Origin: an uncultured Oscillospiraceae bacterium
GTDB taxonomy: Bacteria > Bacillota > Clostridia > Oscillospirales > Ruminococcaceae
Reading direction: 5' to 3'
Assembly (NCBI GenBank): GCA_910587335.1
Contig: CAJUMG010000001.1
Span: forward strand, 88,201-152,200
DNA length: 64,000 nt
Both the position numbers and the translations under genes were made by a program. A model generated the notes under the pieces. That model saw only the letters and a program-made list of their open reading frames with translations, was not told the origin of the DNA and did no database searches. This document shows, piece by piece, positions 56,218-64,000 of the stretch (within the stretch, counting starts at the first letter, position 1; each line of letters starts with the position of its first letter).

Positions 56218-56246
56218 ATTATAAAACAGGTTTTTGCTATATGCAA
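56218..56246 (-). promoter_or_regulatory. sigma-A promoter of MATE paralogue 1
   Basis: Minus strand reads TTGCAT, a 17-nt spacer, then TATAAT. Confidence 0.7.
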
Positions 56247-56303
56247 GTCCCTTTTCGAAATTCCCTCCAAAAGCAAAAAACTCTTTAAGAAAGCAAAAAA
56301 CTC

Positions 56304-56331
56304 TTGATTCTTTTTCATTTTTGTGTATAAT
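56304..56331 (+). promoter_or_regulatory. sigma-A promoter of tRNA-Leu
   Basis: TTGATT, a 16-nt spacer, then TATAAT. Confidence 0.7.
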
Positions 56332-56343
56332 AAATAGAGTAAT

Positions 56344-56430
56344 GCCGGTATGATGGAATTGGCAGACGTGCTGGACTCAAAATCCAGTGGTAGCGATACC
56401 GTGTCGGTTCGACCCCGACTACCGGCACCA
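56344..56430 (+). tRNA. tRNA-Leu (CAA), long variable arm
   Basis: GCCGGUA...CUGGA-CUCAAAA-UCCAG...variable arm...UACCGGC-A-CCA. Confidence 0.9.
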
Positions 56431-56432
56431 AA

Positions 56433-56475
56433 AAAGGATCCGAGCCAAAATGGCGTTTGGATCCTTTTTTCTTTT
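56433..56475 (+). terminator. rho-independent terminator after tRNA-Leu
   Basis: AAAGGATCC...GGATCCTTT hairpin plus a T-run. Confidence 0.8.
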
Positions 56476-56532
56476 ACGGTAGACCTTCGCGTTTATTCTA
56501 TGGCTTTTGCGGCAAAGATCGTACCCCGTGAC

Positions 56533-56567
56533 AAAAGCGGCTGTCTTTTTTAGAGACAGCCGCTTTG
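56533..56567. terminator. bidirectional terminator downstream of the solute-binding protein gene
   Basis: AAAGCGGCTGTCT...AGACAGCCGCTTT hairpin. Confidence 0.8.
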
Positions 56568-56594
56568 CTATGCCAGTTTTTCCTTTGTCAATTC

Positions 56595-58187
56595 TTATTG
56601 ATTGTTGGCCAGAAATTCATCTCTCTGGCGGTTCCATTCAGCCATATACGCCTCCAGGCCGCCATCCTTCAGCTTCCGTACAAACTCTTCATAGGTCTGC
56701 TCTGTTTTGTCGCCAAACATACCCAGATTGAAGGAAGCGTCATGCTCTGTGATCAGTGCGGAGATGACCGCCCACTCAGCAGAAACAGGGTTATAGTCAA
56801 AGTTAAAGCCCCAGTAAGGCCACTCTTCGTCCTTTACCTGCGTATCCTTCAAATGCTTGTTTGCAGCGTTGATTCTCTCATCATCCGTAGCCGGCCACGG
56901 GAAATTCGCATGACGGATACCCCAGGCCCAAACGTCGAATTCATAGTCGCTGGCCTCTTCGCCACGAGAAACGGTGTTGGTCGCTTCATCATAGATATAA
57001 TGTCTCCCCTCGATACCGCCAGCCAGCAGCATATAGGTGTCACGGTCGTTTTTGATGAAGTCCAGCAGAACCGCCGCTCTTTCCGGTCTCTTGCTAAAGG
57101 TGGGGATAGCCATACCGTCACCCACATAAGAGTCACGCAGCGCGCGGTAGTTTTCCGGATAGATGTCGAACAGCTCAACCTTCATGCCCTGCGCACGCAG
57201 ATTCGAAATGGTATTGATACCATTGTAATAGTTGTTGTAAGCGGTGGCAGACTGTTTATTCGTAAACAGGGTTGTGATGCTGTTGGTGTTGGAAATCGCG
57301 TCAGAAGGCCACACACCAGCCTTGGCCAGCGCGGCGTTCTCCAAGACATAGGTCTTGTACTGCTCAGAAGTGTGCAGGAAGAAGGGATGTTCAAACTTTG
57401 GATCGTTTAGCTGGCTGTAGTAAACATAGTCAGAGGCCTGGTTGTTGATCAGGTTAAAGCGGTAGCGCAGGCCAATGTCATACAGCGTCGCAGTAGAGGA
57501 TGCGTAGAATGCATACATACCGTTGGAAACCTCGTTGGTGCCAATGGCCAGCAGCATATTGTAGAAATCTTCATAGCTGTTGATCTTGTCAGCGGTATAG
57601 CCATACTTCTCCGCGATATCCATGTTGACCATTGGACCACGGTCCGGGAAGATCGCAGCGGTATTACGGGGCACCATGTAGATCTTGCCATTGATATAGG
57701 TCTCTTTCCAGGCAGCCTCCGGCAGAACTGCCCAGGTCTGCGGCATATACTGTTTTAAGAAATCCTCGCTCAGCTCTCTAAATCCGGCTTTATTCACCTG
57801 CTCCTGATAATAACACCAGTTTGCGGTGTAGATCAAATCCACATCGTCACCACCCGCCATAACCAGCGGATATTTGGTGGTCCGCTCAGAAGAGGGGATA
57901 AAGAACAGTTCCATGGTGGTGTTAATCGCTGCTTTGGTCTTCTCGTTGACCAGCTTCATAACCTCCGAGATGGCGTTGGGTTCCGTAGCGGTGACATAAA
58001 CCACAACATTTTCTTCTTTGCTCAAATCAATATTCGCATAAGGATTGTTTTCATCTCCCGCCGCGCCGCTGCCACTTTGTCCAGCACCACTGCTTGCAGG
58101 CGAGCTGGAGCTTGTAGAGCCGTTACAGCCGGTCAACGCCAAACCGAACAGCATTACAACAGCTAAAAGCATTGCAATTTTTTTCAT
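56595..58187 (-). CDS. extracellular solute-binding lipoprotein of a carbohydrate ABC transporter (LplA-like, large family-1 SBP)
   Basis: MKKIAMLLAVVMLFGLALTGC lipobox, Ser/Gly linker, about 530 aa. The start is at MKKIAML with a GGAGGAGA RBS. Confidence 0.85.
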   Translation of the reverse strand: MKKIAMLLAVVMLFGLALTGCNGSTSSSSPASSGAGQSGSGAAGDENNPYANIDLSKEENVVVYVTATEPNAISEVMKLVNEKTKAAINTTMELFFIPSSERTTKYPLVMAGGDDVDLIYTANWCYYQEQVNKAGFRELSEDFLKQYMPQTWAVLPEAAWKETYINGKIYMVPRNTAAIFPDRGPMVNMDIAEKYGYTADKINSYEDFYNMLLAIGTNEVSNGMYAFYASSTATLYDIGLRYRFNLINNQASDYVYYSQLNDPKFEHPFFLHTSEQYKTYVLENAALAKAGVWPSDAISNTNSITTLFTNKQSATAYNNYYNGINTISNLRAQGMKVELFDIYPENYRALRDSYVGDGMAIPTFSKRPERAAVLLDFIKNDRDTYMLLAGGIEGRHYIYDEATNTVSRGEEASDYEFDVWAWGIRHANFPWPATDDERINAANKHLKDTQVKDEEWPYWGFNFDYNPVSAEWAVISALITEHDASFNLGMFGDKTEQTYEEFVRKLKDGGLEAYMAEWNRQRDEFLANNQ

Positions 58188-58721
58188 TGTTTCTCCTCCG
58201 TTTTCATTCGCAGAAAGCGAAAACTTTCGTAGAAAGGAGCGGTTACCGCAAATACAGTACAATGAAGCATTTGGCCAACAGATGTGCTTCTGTATTGCCA
58301 AAATCCGGCATTTCTTTGACCTTGCAGAAGGTATATTTATATCAAATGCGTTTCATATACTGATTTTTTCAGAAGCCAAAAATCCTTTCCCGTATGAACG
58401 CCAAACCACACAGAGCGGTTTGACAAGTTCTATTCCTACTAAATAGCTTTGATAGGAATAGAGTATGCCTTTCATTATATTGATTCCCTGGCCAGATGCA
58501 AGTCCATTATTCCGTCTTTTTGCCATACAAAAGCGCTTTTGTTCTTTAAAATTTTGCTGTTTTTCCCTCAAAAAGCTTCGGTTGCTTTCTATGGATAACA
58601 ACAGTATGCCCACGAGATTGCCTTTTTACTCACCAAACAAAATCATTTTGCTTTACCGCTTTTTTATTTTTTGCGGTCAGATTTCAAGCCCTTTTCCTTA
58701 ACATCAAATTTTTTCTTGCAT

Positions 58722-58757
58722 AAAAAATCTCTGCGGAATCCTCCGCAGAGATTTTAA
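58722..58757 (-). terminator. hairpin between the permease and SBP genes
   Basis: AAATCTCTGCGGA...TCCGCAGAGATTT hairpin with flanking A/T runs. Confidence 0.7.
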
Positions 58758-58786
58758 ACAGATATAAATGGGTAAAAGGATTCGGA

Positions 58787-59701
58787 TTAACCCTTTACAG
58801 CGCCAATGGTCAAACCTTTTACAAAGTACTTCTGTACGAACGGATAAAGTAGCAGAATCGGTCCAGTGGTGATACAGGTCATCGCCATCTTCATAGACTG
58901 CTGCGGCAGGTTCGCAGAATCTTCGTTCAACAGGTTAACCTTACCCATGGATACCAGCTCCTGCAGCGCCTGAATGCTGGACAGCATCTCATGCAGGAAG
59001 TACTGCAGGTTCTTCATGTTATTCTTGTTCATGAACAACATACAGTTGTACCAGTCATTCCAGAAGTTCAGTGCCGCAAACAGGCTCAAGGTCGCGATCA
59101 AAGGTTTCGCCAGCGGAATAACCAGCTTCCAGTAGATCGTAAAGTCATTTGCACCGTCAACCTTCGCAGACTCGATAATCTCGAAGGGGATACCGCCCTT
59201 CATAAAGTTTTTCGCCAGAATCATCTGCCAAACGGAGAACAACAGCGGCACGACCAACGCCATGTAGTTGTTTTTAAAGCCCAGATAACGGGTACACATC
59301 AGATACCACGGAACCAGACCGCCGTTGAACAGGGTGGTGAAGTAAAAGAAGAACGAGAAACCATTTCTCCAGGGAAAGTCCTTTCTGTGGAGGACGTAAC
59401 CGGTCATGGTGGACATCAGTACCGAAAGAATGGTACCAACGATTGTAGCAATAATGGTATTACGATACGCAAAACCGATTCTTTCCGGGTTTTCCAAACA
59501 GGTGTTGTACGCTTCCAGCGTCCATTCGCCCGGCCAGAAAGAGTATCCGTTGCGCATAATATTTGCTTCCGACGTGAAGGAGTTCATAACAACCAGCAAA
59601 AACGGAAGGAAGCAAAGCATACCCCAGATGAAAACCAGAACATAGCCCAGCAGTTTAAATGCAGCCAGGTCCGCCTGGAAAATCTTATTATTCTTTTTCA
59701 T
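58787..59701 (-). CDS. carbohydrate ABC transporter permease (LplC/YtcP-like)
   Basis: 304 aa, 6 TM helices, EAA-loop ...IESAKVDGANDFTIYWKLVIP... Confidence 0.85.
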   Translation of the reverse strand: MKKNNKIFQADLAAFKLLGYVLVFIWGMLCFLPFLLVVMNSFTSEANIMRNGYSFWPGEWTLEAYNTCLENPERIGFAYRNTIIATIVGTILSVLMSTMTGYVLHRKDFPWRNGFSFFFYFTTLFNGGLVPWYLMCTRYLGFKNNYMALVVPLLFSVWQMILAKNFMKGGIPFEIIESAKVDGANDFTIYWKLVIPLAKPLIATLSLFAALNFWNDWYNCMLFMNKNNMKNLQYFLHEMLSSIQALQELVSMGKVNLLNEDSANLPQQSMKMAMTCITTGPILLLYPFVQKYFVKGLTIGAVKG

Positions 59702-59732
59702 GCGATTAACTCTCCTTTCTGCAAATTTTCGA

Positions 59733-60711
59733 TTAGAACAGGGTATAATCCGGCTCGATGATCTTTACAATCTTGTTTACAATCAAAATTGTCACAAAGC
59801 ACAAGCACGACTGATATAAGCCGGCCGCCGAAGACATACCGTAGTCGTTCGTCTGCATCAAGGAACGATAGATAAACGTATCCAAAATATCCGCCGCTTT
59901 CAAAATAACCGCGTTGTTCTGAACCAACTGATAGAACATACCGAAGTCGCCACGGAAGATCTGACCTACTGCCAACAGGCCCATGATAACCATGGTCGGA
60001 ATCAGGCTGGGCAGGGTGATATGACGGATTCTCTGCCAGATGTTGGCGCCGTCGATGGAAGCGGCCTCGTACATGCCCTGATCGATACCGGCAACCGCAG
60101 CCAGGTAAACGATACAGTCATAACCGACTATCTTCCACATCTTGAAGAAGACAAGCAAGACCGGCCACCCGTCAGGACTGGCGTAGAAGTTGATTCTCTC
60201 CGCTCCGAAAAACTCAATGATATGGTTGAAGATACCATATTCAAATCCGAAAATCGCCTGGAAGATCGCCTGTACCACTACCCAAGAAATAAAGTAGGGC
60301 AGGAACATAAAGGACTGGAAGATCTTCTTGAACACCTTGTTGGTCAGCTCGTTGATCATGATGGCGAAAGCAACCGCCAGAAGCATACCTAAGAAAATAA
60401 AGACAATGTTGTAAAGCAAGGTGTTTCTGGTCAAAGGCCAGAGCTTGTTGGAAATAATAAGGAATTTAAAGTTGTCAAATCCGACCCACGGGCTTCCGTA
60501 AATACCGTCAACGTAATTGTACTTTTTAAATACCTGTCATGGGTATGTAGGAGAAAATGATGACGTAGGTCAATGCAGGCAGCAGCATGGCCAGCAGGAT
60601 CTTACAGTCCCAAGCAGTCTTTAAAAAGTGCTGGAACTTCGACGGCTTCTGCCACTTTACTTCGGTGGCCTGCGAAACATCCCTTTCTACAGTTTGCGCT
60701 GTGTTTGCCAT
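59733..60711 (-). pseudogene. carbohydrate ABC transporter permease (LplB-like), frame-disrupted near 60523-60530
   Basis: ORF 60526-60711 ends ...FSYIPMTGI*. The next frame continues KKYNYVDGIYGSPWVGFDNFKFL...TRNTLLYN... (ORF 59733-60434). Together these form one LplB-type permease. Confidence 0.7.
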
Positions 60712-60977
60712 TGTGTAACCTCCCCGAAATAGAATGAACCGGAAATCCCATCTGAATGCCCGCGCATGTCACGTTTTGTGTATTTTTACCAAGCTGATCC
60801 CGCTTCGCAAACAGTTAATATGGTGATTTCGATTGCATAAGTAAATTATACTTGCTTTTTTCCATCAAAAATCTTAAAATAGTTGTGATTTCATTAAAGA
60901 TTTTGTCATTTATCTGTGACAAAATACACAAAATAAGGTTGTTAAAATTATCGTTTCCAGTAAAAAGGGAGAAAAAA

Positions 60978-62558
60978 ATGTTAAAAATTTTAATTGTTGA
61001 TGACGAAGCACCTACGAGAATGCGAATCATCAAGGGAATTGACTGGGAGGAATTTCACATCACGCAGATCATCCAGGCGGAAGACGGAGAAGAAGCGCTG
61101 CATCTGTGCGATACCTTTATTCCCGATATTCTCCTAACCGATGTGCGTATGCCGAAAACCGACGGCATTGAGCTGGCCACCCGGCTGACCCAGCGCTTTC
61201 CCGGCATTAAGACGATTTTCGTCAGCGGGTACACAGATAAGGAGTATTTTAAAAGCGCAATCCGCCTGGGCGCGGTGAGCTATATCGAAAAACCGGTTGA
61301 TTTGGATGAGCTGCGCAGCGTTCTGACCGAAACGGTCAGCGCTTTAAACGACGACCGCTCTACCGCCCATAAAGTCAAAGCCTTTGAGCAAAGCCGCAAC
61401 CTGCAAAAATTGATGGAGGTTGCCGGCGAGCTGTGCCAGCCCAGCTTTTATAATGAACAGCTGCTGGAAGAGCTGATGCCAGAAATTCGCAGCGCCTCTT
61501 TGTTTGTCACCGTCGTCGCCAAAATCTCTTTTTCCGCCAATGGCAGCAACCTGAGCTCTTTTATTCCCTTTATGTTCCAAAGCATCTATGAAATCAGCAA
61601 TGTGTACGACGCACCCAACCTTTCTCCTTTGTGTACCTGTAAAGGCAATCATATTATTATTCACCTGACCGGGCAGTCCACCGGCTCGAATTTTACCGAC
61701 TATAAAGTGATTGACCAATATTGTAATTTTGTGGTCGATAAGCTGTCCGGCTCCGGTATCAGCGCGGTCGTAGCCGTCGGTTCGGTTGTAAGCAGCTGGA
61801 AGGAGCTGGCCCGCTCCTATGAAACCGCCGTCATGGCGGTGCAGCAGTCCTTTTATCAGGAGAGCGACAGTGTCTGCTATTACAAAAAAACCGGCGCCAG
61901 TACCTATCAGTTCCTGCCGGAACAGGTAGAGATTTTCTCTCAGACCCTGAAAAAGCAAAACCGCAACCACGCGCTTTTGTATATTCACAATCTGACCGGA
62001 GAGATTAAGCAGTATCAGAACACCCTGGTCATCAACGTGCTTCGCCACTACTATTCGCTGATCTGCGAGCTGATGCGCCTTGCCCAGGAGGAACAGATCG
62101 TCCTGTATGAAAAAATTGGCAAAGAGCAGGATATCTGGGTCCATATCCAAAACTTTTCTTTCATCACCCAGCTAGAGGATTTTTTGGTCCAGGGCGTCAA
62201 TCAATACTACGACTCACTCAACGAGGGAAAATATGGCAACGCCACGGTAGACCGCATCGTCAAATTTATCAAAAACAACTATGCCAATCCGGACCTGTCC
62301 ATCACCGCCATCAGCGAATATACCAACCTTTCTCCCACCTATATCTGCCACCTGTTTAAGGATACAACCCAAATGACCATCAATACCTTTATATTAAATT
62401 ACCGAATGCAAAAGGCCCAACAGCTTTTAAAGGATCCGGTGTGTAAGGTCAAGGATGTGGGATTTTTGGTCGGATACCGCAATGGTAACTATTTTTCCTA
62501 TCAATTTAAAAAATTCACCGGACTTTCCCCGTCCCAGTTTCGGGAGAAAACACTATGA
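60978..62558 (+). CDS. response regulator with AraC-type DNA-binding output (YesN-like)
   Basis: MLKILIVDDE...DILLTDVRMP receiver domain. C-terminal AraC HTH ...LVGYRNGNYFSYQFKKFTGLSPSQFR. Confidence 0.88.
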   Translation: MLKILIVDDEAPTRMRIIKGIDWEEFHITQIIQAEDGEEALHLCDTFIPDILLTDVRMPKTDGIELATRLTQRFPGIKTIFVSGYTDKEYFKSAIRLGAVSYIEKPVDLDELRSVLTETVSALNDDRSTAHKVKAFEQSRNLQKLMEVAGELCQPSFYNEQLLEELMPEIRSASLFVTVVAKISFSANGSNLSSFIPFMFQSIYEISNVYDAPNLSPLCTCKGNHIIIHLTGQSTGSNFTDYKVIDQYCNFVVDKLSGSGISAVVAVGSVVSSWKELARSYETAVMAVQQSFYQESDSVCYYKKTGASTYQFLPEQVEIFSQTLKKQNRNHALLYIHNLTGEIKQYQNTLVINVLRHYYSLICELMRLAQEEQIVLYEKIGKEQDIWVHIQNFSFITQLEDFLVQGVNQYYDSLNEGKYGNATVDRIVKFIKNNYANPDLSITAISEYTNLSPTYICHLFKDTTQMTINTFILNYRMQKAQQLLKDPVCKVKDVGFLVGYRNGNYFSYQFKKFTGLSPSQFREKTL

Positions 62559-64000
62559 GGTGGCTTAAGCGCTTTTTTCACTTTCTGCAAAACCGGATTC
62601 GCTATTCCCATTTTTTCACAAAGGTCCTGACGCTGTTTTTGGTAGCGGCTTTCCTGCCCTTGTTTGTCTGTTCTTTTTTGCTGGTGACCGATACCATCCG
62701 CGTTTCCGGAGAGAATACCGCCGCCTCGATCCGCAATAACTTTCAGCAAACCTACGGCGTTTTAAACGACCGTTTCAGCCAGGTGAAAAAATGTGCCGAC
62801 CTGCTTTTAAACGATCCGGGCATCAATCAGTTTCTGCGCAGCGGCAGGGCCGAGGCTTCCTTTTACGAACAGCGTACCTTTAAAACCGATATGGACAATA
62901 CCATCTATTTTATCGAAAGCGCCCAGGATATTAAGCAGCTGCGGATTTATGTGGACCCTACCTATTTTTATATTTTGGATTCCTACCATTATTGCAGCAT
63001 CAACCTTTTGACCGGTCAAAATTGGTATACCCCGCTGGACCAGGATCGGGGACGTTCCCTCTGGCTTTCCTCCAAAGAAAACGATCTGCTGGACCAGGCC
63101 CGCAACGTCCTTTCCAGTCAGGATACCCTCTCCTATATGGTCAAAGGCGTGGACCTGACCAATCTGCGGCGGACTGCCGTGGTCTATCAGCTGGATTTTT
63201 CCCGGTCAGCGGTAGAGGAACAGCTGCGCGCCTGTCTGGTGCTGGATGGCAGCTGTGCGCTGGTGGTGGACGGGGACGGACAGATCATCGCCTCCTCAGC
63301 TTTGGGCAATGTCTGTGCGCTGGACGCTCTTCCCGATCTGGACGGACAGGATTCCATCCAGATTGACGGTGTGCTTTATCATGTCAGCTCTGCCGATTTC
63401 GATGTAGCTCCCTGGCGGCTGGTTACCCTTGTGCCGGATAAAAGCCTTTTCTCCTATTCGGACCTGGATCAGGTCCTGCTTTTTATCCTTTTGGCCTTTA
63501 TCGCCGGTACGGTGATCTTTTCTTCCGCATTCCGTTTCTCCTGGCGGGTCACCCAAAAAATCCGCTCGGTAGTCGAAGGGATGGAGGCGGTGCGCCACGG
63601 AGAATTTCGAAATCTTCCTGTCACCGGCACCCATGATGAAATTGACGAGCTCATTGATCACTATAATTATATGGTGGACGAGCTGGAGCTGCTGGTCGAG
63701 GCGAAATATCTCTCCGGCGTAGAGCTTAAGGCCGCTCAGCTGCGGGCCTTGCAGGCACAGATCAACCCACATTTTCTGTACAACACCTTGGAAATGATCA
63801 ACAGCTACGCCTTTTTAGAGGATCCCCAGAAGGTCGAACAGTTGGTCAGCGCCCTTTCCCGCTTTTATAAGCTGAGCCTGAATCACGGGAAAGACGTCTA
63901 TCAGCTGTGGCAGGAGTTGAAGCTGGTCGAAGCTTATTTCGAAATTCAAAAGATTCGCTATCCCGAAAATCTAACCTTAAAAATCGATGTTCCCTCCTCT
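62555..64000 (+). CDS. sensor histidine kinase, YesM-like (3' end lies outside the window)
   Basis: The start forms an ATGA overlap with the regulator gene. The frame is open to the window end (482 codons). It contains two TM helices, a HAMP segment, then LRALQAQINPHFLYNTLEMI (His_kinase/PF06580-type H-box). Confidence 0.85.
   Translation, partial: MRWLKRFFHFLQNRIRYSHFFTKVLTLFLVAAFLPLFVCSFLLVTDTIRVSGENTAASIRNNFQQTYGVLNDRFSQVKKCADLLLNDPGINQFLRSGRAEASFYEQRTFKTDMDNTIYFIESAQDIKQLRIYVDPTYFYILDSYHYCSINLLTGQNWYTPLDQDRGRSLWLSSKENDLLDQARNVLSSQDTLSYMVKGVDLTNLRRTAVVYQLDFSRSAVEEQLRACLVLDGSCALVVDGDGQIIASSALGNVCALDALPDLDGQDSIQIDGVLYHVSSADFDVAPWRLVTLVPDKSLFSYSDLDQVLLFILLAFIAGTVIFSSAFRFSWRVTQKIRSVVEGMEAVRHGEFRNLPVTGTHDEIDELIDHYNYMVDELELLVEAKYLSGVELKAAQLRALQAQINPHFLYNTLEMINSYAFLEDPQKVEQLVSALSRFYKLSLNHGKDVYQLWQELKLVEAYFEIQKIRYPENLTLKIDVPSS

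Noticed and set aside
58188-58786. The 600-bp gap between the permease and SBP genes, including the inverted repeat CTATTCCTA...TAGGAATAG (about 58429-58462).
   Set aside because: It is probably just a terminator plus a separate SBP promoter region. The 9-bp repeat alone is not sufficient evidence for an operator, and no ORF or RNA motif was recognised.
60900-60925. Inverted repeat ATTTTGTCA-N8-TGACAAAAT in the divergent region between the ABC operon and the two-component genes.
   Set aside because: It is plausibly a regulator binding site, but it is AT-rich and short and could arise by chance in this AT-rich spacer. No supporting second copy was found.

Overview
This 64-kb window looks like a chromosomal segment from a moderately high-GC Firmicute, probably a Clostridia / Oscillospiraceae-like organism. 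The taxon call is an inference from gene content and order: darA-holB-ricT, a sigH-like gene, ruvCAB, the ecfA1-ecfA2-ecfT-truA module, and a T-box-controlled cysS. About 70 protein genes are supported, most on the minus strand, and most are housekeeping (recA-recX-rimO-pgsA, ruvCAB, glmM, cysS, a Clp ATPase, tRNA-modification enzymes, rqcH). There are also six tRNAs, one T-box leader, several near-consensus sigma-A promoters and many rho-independent terminators. I found no CRISPR array, transposase, integrase or recognisable defence gene. Four regions are accessory: (1) a ~10-kb cell-envelope glycopolymer locus (6809-17182: rfbB, B12-radical-SAM enzyme, two XAT acetyltransferases, pyruvyl transferase, LicD, flippase, two GT2, acyltransferase-3, DUF2304); (2) a small AT-rich islet with tandemly duplicated XRE regulators (40366-41975); (3) tandem MATE exporters; (4) an LplABC-type sugar ABC transporter with a YesMN-type two-component system. 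The most interesting signal is a set of three long poly-G tracts (C9, C10, C11 on the given strand) inside three O-acyl/acetyltransferase genes of the glycopolymer locus. Both tandem acetyltransferase paralogues are out of frame, and each would be restored at exactly G10. This fits slipped-strand phase variation of surface-glycan acylation. Homopolymer sequencing error must be excluded first, because other frame disruptions in the window also sit at or next to homopolymers (A9 at 6578-6586; T/A junction at about 60523-60530). All protein calls rest on motif recognition by eye in the supplied translations. No database search was run.
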